Assembly: GCA_032718475.1 (NCBI GenBank)
Contig: JAUCBJ010006792.1
Span: forward strand, 26,022-90,021
Direction of reading: 5' to 3'
Length of the DNA stretch: 64,000 bases
Source of the DNA: Nemertoderma westbladi
Taxonomy: Eukaryota; Animalia; Xenacoelomorpha
The notes beneath the pieces are model-generated. The model was not told the DNA's origin. It worked only from the letters and a program-made list of their open reading frames with translations, and did not search any database. This document shows, piece by piece, positions 1 through 13,200 of the stretch; positions within the stretch are counted from its first letter, which is position 1; each line of letters begins with the position of its first letter. The translations under genes and the position numbers were made by a program.

Positions 1-203
1 CCACAATCACTCCAAGATCGCGATACGAATTAACATTTGCAAGTTGCGTATCATTAATTCTATATGATGAAGGCATAGCTACATTACCAAGGGTGAGGCT
101 TTTACATTTTGTTTCTTCTAAATTCAACTGCCAATCACTAGACCAACTGGAAAAAATATCAAGATTTTTCTGCAGTAATATACGGTTATCAATATTATCA
201 GCA
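1..203 (-). pseudogene. LINE (CR1/L2-like) ORF2 fragment, region C-terminal to the RT core
   Basis: Manual minus-strand translation reads ADNIDNRILLQKNLDIFSSWSSDWQLNLEETKCKSL...YRINDTQLANVNSYRDLGVIV. This matches the LQxDL..W...WQL..N..KC and RDLGV motifs of CR1/L2-clade RTs. Continues off the left edge. Confidence 0.75.
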
Positions 204-357
204 CTCAGGGAACTCAGCACCACTCTACCACATATTATCTTGCCCCTCTAACCGGAAATCAATTTCAACGTGGGCGGAAGAAGAGTAGGAATCTTGTACA
301 TTTAAATTTATTTTAATGTATATTTATAATATATTGCTATATATTTTAAGTATATTG

Positions 358-868
358 TTATTTGCCAATATCACGGCGTAATTCATTCATTATTTTAATA
401 TTACGAAAAGCACAAAATATCTTGGTATCGTCAGCAAAGAGCCTAGAATTAATACCGGAAAGGTGCGTAGGCATATCATTAATGAAAATAATAAATAATA
501 GGGGACCGACACACGAACCCTGTGCTACACCCGATATAACTTTGTAAAAATTAGAAAAGCTTTCACCTATTTTCACTCGCTGAACACGATCAGTTAAATA
601 GCTGGCAAACCAGCGATGCAAATTACCTGTAATTCCATAACATTTAAGTTTAAGTAACAATTTACTAGGCACAACAGAGTCAAATGCCTTGGCATAGTCT
701 GTGTATACTACATCAGTAAAACATTTTGCATTAAGGGCAGTTGCCCAATTATAGGTGCAGTCTAAAAGTTGAGTGGTAGTGCTACGGCCCTTAATAAATC
801 CGTATTGTTCATCTTTTATTAAATTGTTCCTTTTTAAAAAACGCGACATTTCATGAACTATGATTTGA
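358..868 (-). pseudogene. LINE (CR1/L2-like) reverse transcriptase fragment
   Basis: ORF 358..888 contains QYGF..GRSTTTQLL, VVYTDYAKAFDSV, GITGNLHRWFASYLTDRVQRVKI, SGVAQGSCVGPLLFIIFIND and LFADDTKIF (non-LTR RT motifs). Truncated at both ends. Confidence 0.9.
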
Positions 869-1045
869 ACTAGAGTCCAGCTCACCAACAGAGTGCCATC
901 GGATCCGATCTGAACCGATCGGATCCAACAGCTTCAAACACTTTCAGACAAACTCCAACAGTCCAACAACTTCAAACAGATTGAGACAGTTTCAAACAGA
1001 TTCAAACAGTTTCAAACAGAATCAGACAACTTCCAACAACCTGTC
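868..1045. repeat. Low-complexity ~10-bp periodic repeat (TTCAAACAGA-like) with a perfect 10-bp hairpin at 901-926
   Basis: GGATCCGATC-TGAACC-GATCGGATCC at 901-926, followed by repeated ttcaaacaga/ttcagacaa/tccaacaa units. Confidence 0.55.
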
Positions 1046-1289
1046 AATCACTCCACCCACACTCAACCGCAACCCCAACTCAACTCCCATCTTCTTGCGC
1101 GCAGATAGAATGAAAGCTTTTGAAACTACTAAAGGAACTCCATTCATAAAGCCACAATAACGACAGAGTGGACTGGCCACTGGCGGCGCCCTTGAACATT
1201 CACACTGTAACTTAAGCTGACCTGAAGGAACAGCCCATTAGGGAGGTCGGTATTTCTCTTTATTCCTGCCGCTATCTTTGAATAACACA

Positions 1290-2515
1290 TGTAAAAGCTT
1301 CTGTGGGATATAACTGGCCCCTTTTGCTTCGCAATCCAGTTTCCCCCCAAGCGCTGGAATACTCTAAAAATGTTCTCTAACTGTATATATATTCCCCTCG
1401 CCCGCAAGGTACCGTTACAGGTGTTTTAACGGACATAAAAGTCATTCTTCTATATACGTGCTTTAGCGGACATGGTAAGGCAAAAAACCTGCAATGCACC
1501 AAATACCTTTACACGGCTTGGCCTTGATGATTCAGATTGCGACATCTAGCAGCTGGTTGCTGGCATGGAAACAGCCATTGGACGCATGGTTCTTTGTTTG
1601 GCTTGAGCCAATCAGAGCGATTTTTTCTGTCGACGTGTAGATATTCGGCCGATCATACTAGGAGTGTTTAGTCTTACTGTTTTTCTTGATATAGTTTTGT
1701 TGTAGCTATCTAGGCCAGGAACACCGGCTCTAGAGTCAACTCGTTTTCATACTTTAGAAGAAACATTAGTAGGCTTAAATTATAGAGCGTATAACTGTTA
1801 TCTTAACAACTCATATCAATCAGTGCAGTCTTGTCACATCTTGTCATATCATATGTTAACCTACCGTCTTAATGCTTTTTACTGTTGTTATATTTTGTAT
1901 TAGTTGGTTGAATATTATTTGGAGAACATTTATAAAGAACCCAAATTTCCCAATTTTCTTGATACACTACAGGTTAGAGAGACGGGTTATATATAGCGAT
2001 TGCGACTTATATTATTGTGTATGTAGTGAATTTAATGCTATTTGATAAGCACTACATTGTTCCGTTGCTGTTCTCTTTATATATGATAAAAATCATTGAC
2101 GGTCGGCAAATTAGTGGGCAGTATTGTGTGTTACCGGTAGTGTGCATGATTGTGACTGATAACTAAGCATTTCCTAAAGAATGCGCCTCATACGTGAATC
2201 ATAAGCCTTACCGACTTGCCGTTGTGATTAGTATAAGTCATATCTCTGTTTACCTAGATAGAGCGCCACGTCCTAAAGGAACTGTTAATATTTTCCCGAA
2301 AGTAAATAATATTAGTCAGAAATTTATTAACGATCAATCGAATAATACAATACAGTAAGCTTACACTGCAATAATAATCTAAGCCCTCAGAATCCAGTCT
2401 CCCGGGTATATCCAGCGGGTGAATGGACGCGCACTAGGCTGGCTTCTGCTAATGTTGTGTTTATTGGTATTAAATATTTGTCATCTTCTAAAGTCTATTT
2501 ATAAACCAAAAGACA
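1290..2515 (+). repeat. 5' LTR of element 1 (right end approximate)
   Basis: Begins with TG, and its first 96 bp match 44607-44702. The right end is tentatively placed at AAAAGACA before a conserved ATTTTGGCAGGTTAAACTG (possible PBS) also seen in element 2 at ~45838. The end is not proven. Confidence 0.6.
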
Positions 2516-2619
2516 TATAAATTTTGGCAGGTTAAACTGCTAAAGGTCTTCAAAAGCGCGTACAATAACAGTTATTGACTTTATTGCAGTAAGCAATAAA
2601 GTTGAAAGTACCGGTCGAC

Positions 2620-2760
2620 CGGTAAAACCTGAACCGGTACTTCTGTAGGTCAGTAGGCCCAACTGCCAGAACCGGTACTGCTGTAGGTCCGTAGGTCCAA
2701 CTGCCAGAACCGGTACTTCTGTAGGTCCGTAGGCCCAACTGTCCTAACCGGTACTTCCAG
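2620..2760 (+). repeat. ~38-bp tandem repeat (ACCGGTACTTCTGTAGGTCCGTAGGCCCAACTGCCAGA), ~3.5 copies
   Basis: Direct inspection. Element 2 has only about one copy, at ~45930-45985. Confidence 0.8.
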
Positions 2761-2924
2761 TATAAGTCCATTAGTATTATTCGATTTGATTATTGCATAC
2801 CGGTAGGCTGTTTAAGAGATTAGGGACTGTACACCCCATGTTTCTTTTGGAGCTTACTTATTTCTGTCAGTTTTATTTACATGTAAGTTAATATTGAGCT
2901 GAAGACGTGTAAGTCTGCTCAGAT

Positions 2925-3500
2925 TGTTCAGATAATTGTAGGCCGGACTGTTGTCGGATTGTTGTTGGGTTTGGAGAGATTACTGCGTGTGTAGAGTTTG
3001 TCCGATAGAGTGCCAGTTAGTAAGTTGGGGCAGCCATAGCTGTAAGGTCAATCCCCTCTTAAAGAATAAGTCGTACTACCGTGTTAGAACGCATACTAAC
3101 TAACCATTTTGGAATCTGCACATACTGTAGTTTATTTAGGCTTGACAGTATTCTGCCAACGTTTTGGCCTGTGTTTGTTTGTGTAGTCTGTTCAGGTACC
3201 GTAATAGTTATTACTCAGATATTTTGTAGGCTGGATTGTTGTCTAGCTATTATTAGGTCTGAAGAGATTGCTGCTTGTGTAGAGTTTGTCTGATGAAGTG
3301 CCAGTTAGTAAGTTGGGGCAGCCATAGCTGTAAGGTCAATCCCCTCTTAAAGAATAAGTCGTACTACCGTGTTAGAACGCATACTAACTAACCATTTTGG
3401 AATCTGCACATACAGTAGTTTATTTAGGCTTGGTGGTAGTCTGCCAGCGTTTTGGTTTGTATTTGTTTGAGTATTCTGTACGGGTAGCGTAATATTTATT
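2925..3500 (+). repeat. ~288-bp tandem duplication in the 5' leader of element 1
   Basis: GTGCCAGTTAGTAAGTTGGGGCAGCCATAGCTGTAAGG... at 3010 and 3298. An equivalent duplication occurs in element 2 (46241 and 46528). Confidence 0.85.
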
Positions 3501-4797
3501 ATTCAGAGTTTAAGCAATTATTCGCAACATTCATGTCCTCAAGTTTATTCCTACAGTAATTGTGCTTGTTACACATACCGTTATAGTTAAATTAACCCCG
3601 GTACTACACGGGCTGCTTGGCGTAGGAAAAGACTGGTGACTTTGTGCTTCGGTCACTCCAGCAGATGCCGTGGTTCTTTTAACTGTTCAAGTATATTTAA
3701 CTACTGATTATTTGTTGTACCAGTACTTGTACCTAATTTAGGGTTTAGTGTACAGTGCTTTCCGAGGTAATTAGTGTGTAGGCAGTATATTTTGTGTTGT
3801 AAAGTGGTTAATAGGCACGCTGGATCTGGTAGTCCGCGGTAATTAACTTCTAGGTAGGAACACTCCGTGATACATAACGTAGTACCTATAGCGATACGGT
3901 TATAGGTCGTCAGGCGGTGGTATTTTCCTATCTGGACAACGCAGTGTATTTACTACTACTTATTATTTTAAAATACCGTAGTACCCTGTCCGTTGTAATA
4001 ACCAGAAATCTAACCCTTTGTTAGGCTGGTTTGTAGACTTCCTGTAAAATTACCCTAAAAATTCGTACGTAATATTTTTGTTGTGTTTAATTAGAGATTT
4101 AATCTCACCCGTATCGTAAGTAATTTGTAGTATTAAGTAACTTAGGTAAATTAGAATTATCTGTTTTAGTGTCCCATAAATAGCACTTTACTGAGAGCGC
4201 CCAGCTTCTGTGTAGTGACCCCCAGAAATAATAACATTTATTTCGAATATTGAAAAAACCCATTTTAAACGGGTATATAAATATTATAAATCAACTCAAA
4301 CGATTTATAAATAGTAGGCCTGCCATACAACAACTAGGTCTCAATATCAGTTGGACTACTGCTTAAATAACGGTAATAAAGTAAGTTAAAGTAACCAAGT
4401 AACTCTAAAATATTCAGAAATTCAATTATTCTAAAATAATTGACATACCGGTATTTACCATAGGCTTACTATATTTATTTCTATAAATTTGAGCTGAAAT
4501 CATACCGGTATTCTGTAATTAATTCTAGTTCATAATTATACTTATATATACTATAAGTGTAAGCTGCATACCGGTATTCACGATAGGCCTATTATATATT
4601 TATATATATTTGTGCTAAAATTATATACCGGTACTCTGTGACAAACCTAGTTTACAATACTTATATATACTATAAGTGTATACCGGTATTCTAATATACT
4701 GTAATAAATTACCGGTACTAGGTCAACGGTCATACTGAACTACTAGACTTGCTTTAACTGTAACTATAGCAGTAAGCATTCAACTGTATAGCTAAAT

Positions 4798-7279
4798 ATG
4801 TCTGACACCCAGCAAAATCTGTCAGACAGTCTAATCGATACAACCATCTGTGACTCAGATAGGAGTTTGGAGCGATTAAGAAAGGAGTTCAGCTCACCTC
4901 CTACTGAAAGAAAGGTCATCCCTCCAGCAGTAGTATCAGACCCTAAGCTAATCCAACACCATAGGTCTATCATCGGCACTCGGGCCCAAGTCAAACGGAA
5001 CCAGGAAGCAGCTGTCCCACAGCAGCAACAGCCTAGTCAAGAAACTTGTTCCCAGCGATCCGATAGCTCCAGTAATTCGGATACTGTCGAGCTGACCCCG
5101 AACGCGGATTGCAGATGGCGGCTAAAGCCTACTCGGACCCCCTTCTCACCCTTCCTGCCGCAGTGCTAACTACTATATTGATTGCGATGGAGGAACATCA
5201 AGCCGATTGGGCGAGAAATAAGCGAGCGACCCAAGATAATTATGCGGGATACGCCAGGGAAGAATAGATGTCTATTGTCGAGTCACAATGGAACTTTCCC
5301 GGACCCGGACTCCCGTTAGATCTGTCCGAGGCTACTTGGTAAGATACACACAGGATGGGAGTGGCTAAAGATACGATGGATCCAGCTGTTTGGAAGAGGT
5401 CGGCAGCAGGATATGTGCAGGGATTCTTCGGCTCCTTAGAGCGATTAGAAGAACAACTGTTTCGACAACCCCAAGGACCTCAAGAGCAGGAAGAACTGCT
5501 ATACCAAGTACGCGAAAGAACCCTACGCATTCGACTAATCCTATCAGCTTTTGAGGAAACTTCCAAAAGAAGACAGGACACGTTGCTGCAGGTTGCTGTC
5601 AAAACTTGGTTCCAGCGGGTAGGTCTCAAAGTACAAGAAACGGACCAGTGGAAATCCCAGCTGTCTGAGAGACTAACCTATGAAGAACCAACCGATGCCA
5701 CCCTTTCTCAAGTGGAAGGCGAAGAGACCGCAGAGAGACCACGAACGAGAGACGCCATAGACATTTATCTGTCCGACTATCAGCGATTCCTAGGAGACAA
5801 AGAGTTGAGGAGACGGCTGTCTGGACTTTCCCCTAATAGTGAAGGAACCCAGCGTGTGTTAGACTCAATCGATGCTGAAATGTTAGCTGCTAACCAAGCT
5901 GAATTTGATGAAAAACTCCGCCTCACTAGAGTCCAAGAAGAACAAGTAAAGAAAAGACGGATTGAGGAACGAAAGGCGGCAGCAGTAGCAGCGGTAATGG
6001 CAGAAGCAGAAGTGGACCGAAAGGCAGCAGCAGCGGCAGCGGCAATGGCAGAAGCAGAAGTGGAAAGAAAGACAGCAGCAGTAGCAGCGGCAATGGCAGA
6101 AGCAGAAGTGGAAAGAAAGGCAGCAAAGGCAGTGGCAGAAGCAGAACGGAGAGCGTCTGAGGAGACTACCCAACTGGAGTTGGAAAATCTGCAAGAGACG
6201 CAAGACAACATAAATAAACAGTTAACTGCTAGTCACATGCAGATGATGAGAAAATCTACTCCCAAACGCCAGGGATACACATCATCGGAAGAAAGCGAAA
6301 CCACCGATCCTGAAGGCGGAGGAAATAGATCTCGTCTAAGCAGGCGTAGAAAAACATCTTACCGTCACAAATTGCCTGATTTGCCCCCAGCTGTTAGAAG
6401 ACAACTAGCTAGCACAGACTTGAGTAGTATAGAACCTACAGACCAAATTATTAAGGTCAAAAGACTCCCTACTATAGTTGATGAGCCTGAAATAATTAGG
6501 CCTGTCGTTCCCAAAGTCACTCCTGTGTTAGAGACCCCTGTACTTCCAGAGCTTAACTCTAAATTCCCTTTACACAGTACTACACTGCCTGTGCCCGGTA
6601 GAACAGTCCATGAGAATATCCCTGTCCTGGAAGCTGAGAGAGAAATCAAAGATTTGTCTCCCGTCGTCCCACATCAGCCCGCTACAATGTTGGCGACTCC
6701 CGCTTCGGCGGTCGAGTGGGTAGAGGAGGGACGGCGGGGGATGAATCTCCTGCTCGGACAGATGCAGGAGACTGTCTACCAACTTAAGGGAACAGTAAGG
6801 GAAGGTAGGGCAGAATTGCAAGAAGTGCAGCAAAGTATCGCGCTAGAACGCGACAAATTAGTCAATATACAAAATGGTATACCAATACCCCCTGTAAAAT
6901 TGTGTCAACCTGTTAGGTCTGAAGTATTACATGCGCAAGGTGTGGAGCCTACACGCATCTATACTGCTAGTGAAGTAGAAACTCCTATAGCAAACCCTAT
7001 TAAGGGTGATTATAGACCTGTTATTAATGATATCCCCTATAGACCTGACAATGATCCGAGAAATTTATATACCGATAATTCGATATTAAATAACACGATG
7101 GCCCAAGAAAGCTTTACGCGTCAGATGGCTAGAACAGAAGCCCGCCAAGCGGTCAAAGTGGGAGAGATCGTCAAATTCAATGGAGATGAGATGAAATGGT
7201 TACCTTTCAACGAATATTACAAAGATAGCATACAAAACTCTGTACTATCTAACGGAGAGAAACTTAGGTTCCTCATCGC
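4798..7279 (+). pseudogene. gag: 5' part of element 1 gag (frameshift near 5100, in-frame stops at ~5220-5340, then cut by the array)
   Basis: ORFs 4798..5169 and 5355..7298 align to the N-terminal half of the intact 48060..53027 ORF. They include the BEL Gag motif KFNGDEMKWLPFNEYY...LSNGEKLRFL. Confidence 0.9.
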
Positions 7280-10200
7280 TATTGGACATCGTTTTTGAAA
7301 TTTTTGGTCAGAAAAAAAAAACATTGAAAAAGTATATTTTAACAAGATTTGCCTTTGCCTATGGTCAGAGAATGATCCAACTCTGTAACTTGGCAATCGC
7401 TCAAATCCATTCAGCTGAATGGCACAGTAGAGTAAACTAAAGTAAATTTCCTATACAATGTTCTGAAGGGGAGACTGACAGAGAGTATTCCAACCATAAA
7501 ACATTTTGCAATAATGTTGGCATTAATGTAGCCGATACACTGTATACCTAATAGTCATTCAGCAGGGGGAAGAGTTATTCAGCTGAGGCGGTAATAGATT
7601 GCAAACTAAACAAACCAGTTGGCAGCCTCATCGATTTATACTAAGCCTGTGTAGAACCACAAACTAAATCAACCAGTTAATATTTGCTTTGACAGAGAGT
7701 GCAGGGCCTAAACAAACAGTATGGGTGTACTAAGTACAATAATCTTGGCAACCTCATCGATTTATACTAAGCCTTGTGTAGAAATGCATTACAGTACATA
7801 AGCCATTTTTCATCAGGACACCAGCTGTCATGGGTGTTATTTTACCATTGCGCCTATGGCGTTTTTTCGTTTATCTCTATTTTTCGAGCCCAGAGGCTAT
7901 GGACGGAGTAGCCGATCATGCCAGGGACCTTAGAATCGCGGTATCTAGATGCTGTGAAAATTTCATCAAAATCGTTAGAGTAGTTTTGGCTGTAGATCAG
8001 CCAGCCAGCCAGCCAGTCAGCCAGCCAGTCAATCAGCAAACAATTCTTACAGTAATGAACCTCTTGGTTCACTAGTGACGGGCCTAGCGGCCCGATAAGG
8101 AACCGACTTTTTATTTTAAATAAAAGAGACAACGAGAATTAGTATAGAACTAATAATTATGTAAAAATACAATCATATTTCATACAATAATTATTAATAA
8201 ATTCGATCTATTATTAGTTGCTCCATTCTAGAACAAAATCGACCTGCAACTAGTGAAGACCTCGTTTTGGAATTTCGAAACCACGCTGGTGCGATGCGCG
8301 ATATCGTGTTTAGTTAATAAATTGATAACTCCATCAATTCATGTGCAACCAGTAATAAGAAATCGCGATAAATGTAATTAAATAAAAATTATTCTAGAAA
8401 AATTTTCCTCAAAAGGTATGAAGTCTTGGCATTGGTGACGCGAAACTAGGCTAGTGAGATTCAGGATATTGCGTTTAATATAAAAATCGAAAACTCTATC
8501 GAATTCCGTAAAGGCGTTAATAAAATACTGCAACTTTTTTGAAATTTGTAAAATTCTAGAACGAGAAAAAATTTATTTTTGAACGGCGGTGTTTGGGGTT
8601 TCGAAACATGGATAGGCTGAAAGAGGACATCGAGTTAAGTTGAAAAATGAAAACCCCATCGAATTTGGACAAAGCGTTCCGGAGTTATAGCGGATCGAAA
8701 AAAATTGACCCCCCCCAGTCGCCAAAAATTTACAGTAATTTAAAATTTTGCAAAAAAATTTTTTGGCGTTATTTTTAATGGCGAATCGATTGGCAGTACT
8801 GGCTACGAAAAATTTTTTTTGAAATTTTTGGTCAGAAAAAAAAACATGGAAAAAGTATATTTTAACAAGATTTGCCTTTGCCTATGGTCAGAGAATGATC
8901 CAACTCTGTAACTTGGCAATCGCTCAAATCCATTCAGCTGAATGGCACAGTAGAGTAAACTAAAGTAAATTTCCTATACAATGTTCTGAAGGGGAGACTG
9001 ACAGAGAGTAATCAAACAATAAAACATTTTGCAATAATGTTGGCATTAATGTAGCCGATACACTGTATACCTAATAGTCATTCAGCAGGGGGAAGAGTTA
9101 TTCAGCTGAGGCGGTAATAGATTGCAAACTAAACCAACCAGTTGGCAGCCTCATCGATTTATACTAAGCCTGTGTAGAACCACAAACTAAATCAACCAGT
9201 TAATATTTGCTTTGACAGAGAGTGCAGGGCCTAAACAAACAGTATGGGTGTACTAAGTACAATAATCTTGGCAACCTCATCGATTTATACTAAGCCTTGT
9301 GTAGAAATCCATTACATAAGCCATTTTTCATCAGGACACCAGCTGTAATGGGTGATATTTCACCATTGCGCCTATGGCGTTTTTTCGTTTATGTCCATTA
9401 TTCGAGCCCACGGCTCATGGACGAATTAGCGGAACATACCAGGGACCTTAGAATCACGGTATCTAGCCGCTGTGAAAATTTCATCAAAATCGTTAGAGTA
9501 GTTTTGGCTGTAGATCAGTCAGTCAGCCAGCCAGTCAGTCACGAGCAATTCTTACAGTAATGAACCTCTCGGTTCCTAACTAGTGACGGGCCTAGCTGCC
9601 CGATAAGGAACCGACTTTTTATTTTAAATAAAAGAGACAACGAGAATTAGTATAGAACTAATAATTATGTAAAAATACAATCATATTTCATACAATAATT
9701 ATTAATAAATTCAATCTATTATAAGTTGTTCAATTCTAGAACAAAAACGACATGCAACTAGTGAAGACCTCGTTTTGGAATTTCGAAACCACGCTAGTGC
9801 GATGCGCGATATCGTGTTTAGTTAATAAATTGAAAACTCCATCAATTCATGTGCAACCAGTAATAAGAAATCGCGATAAATGTAATTAAATAAAAATTAT
9901 TCTAGAAAAATTTTCCTCTAAAAGTATGAAGTCTTGGCATTGGTGACGTGAAACTAGGCTAGTGAGATTCAGGATATTGCGTTTAATACAAAAATCGAAA
10001 ACGCTATCGAATTCCGTAAAGGCGTTAATAAAATACTGCAACTTTTTTGAAATTTGTAAAATTCTAGAACTAGAAAAAATTAATTTTTGAACGGTGCTGT
10101 TTGGGGTTTCGAAAAATGGATAGGCTGAAAGAGGACGTCGAATTAAGTTGAAAAATAAAAACCCCATCGAATTTGGACAAAGCGTTCCGGAGTTATAGCG

Positions 10201-13200
10201 GACCGAAAAAAATTGACCCCCCCCCCCAGTCGCCAAAAATTTACAGTAATTTAAAATTTAGCAAAAAAAATTTTTTGCGTTATTTTTGATGGCGAATCGA
10301 TTGGCAGTACTGGCTACAAAAATTTTTTTTTGAAATTTTTGGTCAGAAAAAAAACATGGAAAAAGTATCTTTTTAAAAAGATTTGATGTCTTTGCCTATG
10401 GTCAGAGAATGATCCAACTCTGTAACTTGGCAATCGCTCAAATCCATTCAGCTGAATGGCACAGTAGAGTAAACTAAAGTAAATTCCCTTTACAATGTTC
10501 TGAAGGGGAGAGTGACAGAGAGTAATCCAACAATAAAACATTTTGCAATAATGTTGGCATTAATGTAGCCAACACACTGTGTACTTAAGTCATTCAGCTT
10601 ACATTAGCAGAGTGAGAGACTCCCATAGAATGCATTGGGAAAAGTAATTCAGCTGAGGCGATAATAGATTTCAAACTAAACCAACCAGTTAATATTTGCT
10701 TTGACAGAGTGTCCTAGGGCCTAAACAAACAGTATGGGTGTACTAAGTACAATAATCTTGGCAACCTCATCGATTTACATACTAAGCCTTGTGTAGAAAT
10801 CCATTACATAAGCCATTTTTCATCACGACACCAGCTGTTATTGGTGTTATTTTACCATTGCGCCTATGGCGTTTTTTCGTTTATGTCTATTTTTCGAGCC
10901 CGCGGCTCATGGACGAAATAGCGGAACATACCAGGGACCTTAGAATCGAGGTATCTAGCCACTGTAAAAATTTCATCAAAATCGTTAGAGTAGTTTTGGC
11001 TGTAGATCAGTCAGCCAGTCAGCCAACAATTCTTACAGTAATGAACCTCTCGGTTCCTAAGTGACGGGCCTAGCAGCCCGATAAGGAACCGACTTTTTAT
11101 TTCAAATAATAAAACAACGAGAATTATTATAGAACTAATAATTATGTAAAAATACAATCATATTTCATACAATAATTATTAATAAATTCGATCTATTATT
11201 AGTTACTCAATTCTAGAACAAAATCGACCTGCAACTAGTGAAGACCTCGTTTTGGAATTTCGAAACCACGCTGGTACGATGCGCGATATCGTGTTTAGTT
11301 AATAAATTGAAAACTCCATCAATTCATGTGCAACCAGTAATAAGAAATCGCGATAAATGTAATTAAATAAAAATTATTCTAGAAAAATTTTCCTCAAAAA
11401 GTATGAAGTCTTGGCGTTGGTGACGCGAAACTAGGCTAGTGAGATTCAGGATATTGCGTTTAATATAAAAATCGAAAACGCTATCGAATTCCGTAAAGGC
11501 GTTAATAAAATACTGAAACTTTTTTGAAATTTGTAAAATTCTAGAACTGGAAAAAATTAATTTTTGAACGGCGCTGTTTGGGGTTTGGAAACATGGATAG
11601 GCTGAAAGAGGACATCGAATTAAGTTGAAAAATGAAAACCCCATCGAATTTGGACAAAGTGTTCCGGAGTTATAGCGGATCGAAAAAAATTGACCCCCCC
11701 CAGTCGCCAAAAATTTACAGTAATTTAAAATTTTGCAAAAAAAATTTTTTGCGTTATTTTTTATGGCGAATCGATTGGCAGTACTGGCTACGAAAAATTT
11801 TTTTTTGAAATTTTTGGTCAGAAAAAAAAACATGGAAAAAGTATATTTTTAAAAAGATTTGATGTCTTTGCCTATGGTCAGAGAATGATCCAACTCTGTA
11901 ACTTGGCAATCGCTCAAATCCATTCAGCTGAATGGCAAAGTAGAGTAAACTAAAGTAAATTCCCTATACAATGTTCTGAAGGGGTGACTGACATGAGTAA
12001 TCCAACAATAAAACATTTTGCAATAATGTTGGCATTAATGTAGCCAACTCACTGTCTACGTAACTGTCATTCAGCTTACATTAGCAGAGTGAGATATTCC
12101 CCATAGATGCATTGGGAAGAGTAATTCAGCTGAGGCGATATTAGATTTCAAACTAAACCAACCAGTTAATAATGTTTGCTTTGACAGAGAGTGGTGGCCT
12201 CGCCTATACAAACAGTATGGGTGTACTGAGTATAATAATCTTGGCAACCTCATCGATTTATTACTAAGCCTTCTGTAGTAATGCATTACATAACCCATTT
12301 TTCAGCACGACACCAGCTGTTATTGGTGTTATTTTACCATTGCGCCTATGGCGTTTTTTCGTTTATGTCTATTTTTCGAGCCCACGGCTCATGGACGAAA
12401 TAGCGGAACATACCAGGGACCTTATAATCACGGTATCTAGATGCTGTGAAAATTTCATCAAAATTTGAAATTTTTGGTCAGAAAAAAAAACATGGAAAAA
12501 GTATATTTTTAAAAAGATTTCATGTCTTTGCCTATGGTCAGAGAATGATCCAACTCTGTAACTTGGCAATCGCTCAGAGTATCACTATAAGGCTGAGTAA
12601 ACATTCCACCTTATAAGCATACAGCCTCCACAGTATTAATGTTGGCATTAATGTAGCCGATACACTGTATACCTAATAGTCATTCAGCAGGGGGAAGAGT
12701 TATTCAGCTGAGGCGGTAATAGATTGCAAACTAAACCAACCAGTTGGCAGCCTCATCGATTTATACTAAGCCTGTGTAGAACCACAAACTAAATCAACCA
12801 GTTAATATTTGCTTTGACAGGGCCTAAACAAACAGTATGGGTGTACTGAGTACAATAATCTTGGCAACCTCATCGATTTATACTAAGCCTTGTGTAGAAA
12901 TCCATTACATAAGCCATTTTTCATCACGACACCAGCTGTTATTGGTGTTATTTTACCATTGCGCCTAAGGCGTTTTTTCGTTTATGTCTATTTTTCGAGC
13001 CCACGGCTCATGGACGAAATAGCGGAACATACCAGGGACCTTAGAATCGCGGTATCTAGCCGCTGTGAAAATTTCATCAAAATCGTTAGAGTAGTTTTGG
13101 CTATAGATTAACCAGCCAGCCAGCCAGCCTCGAGCAATTCTTACAGTAATGAACCTCTCGGTTCCTAACTAGTGACGGGCCTAGCGGCCCGATAAGGAAC

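Noticed and set aside
2524-2542. TGGCAGGTTAAACTG as a defined tRNA primer-binding site
   Set aside because: Conserved in both elements and plausible by position, but I cannot match it to a specific tRNA 3' end without a search.
3288-3330. CTGATGA as a hammerhead ribozyme core
   Set aside because: No GAAA after the potential stem II, and the duplicate copy and element 2 lack CTGATGA.
5780-6211. Antisense Cys-rich and Leu/Pro-rich ORFs (also 49143-49442)
   Set aside because: Shadow frames of the Ala-rich GCA repeats in gag.
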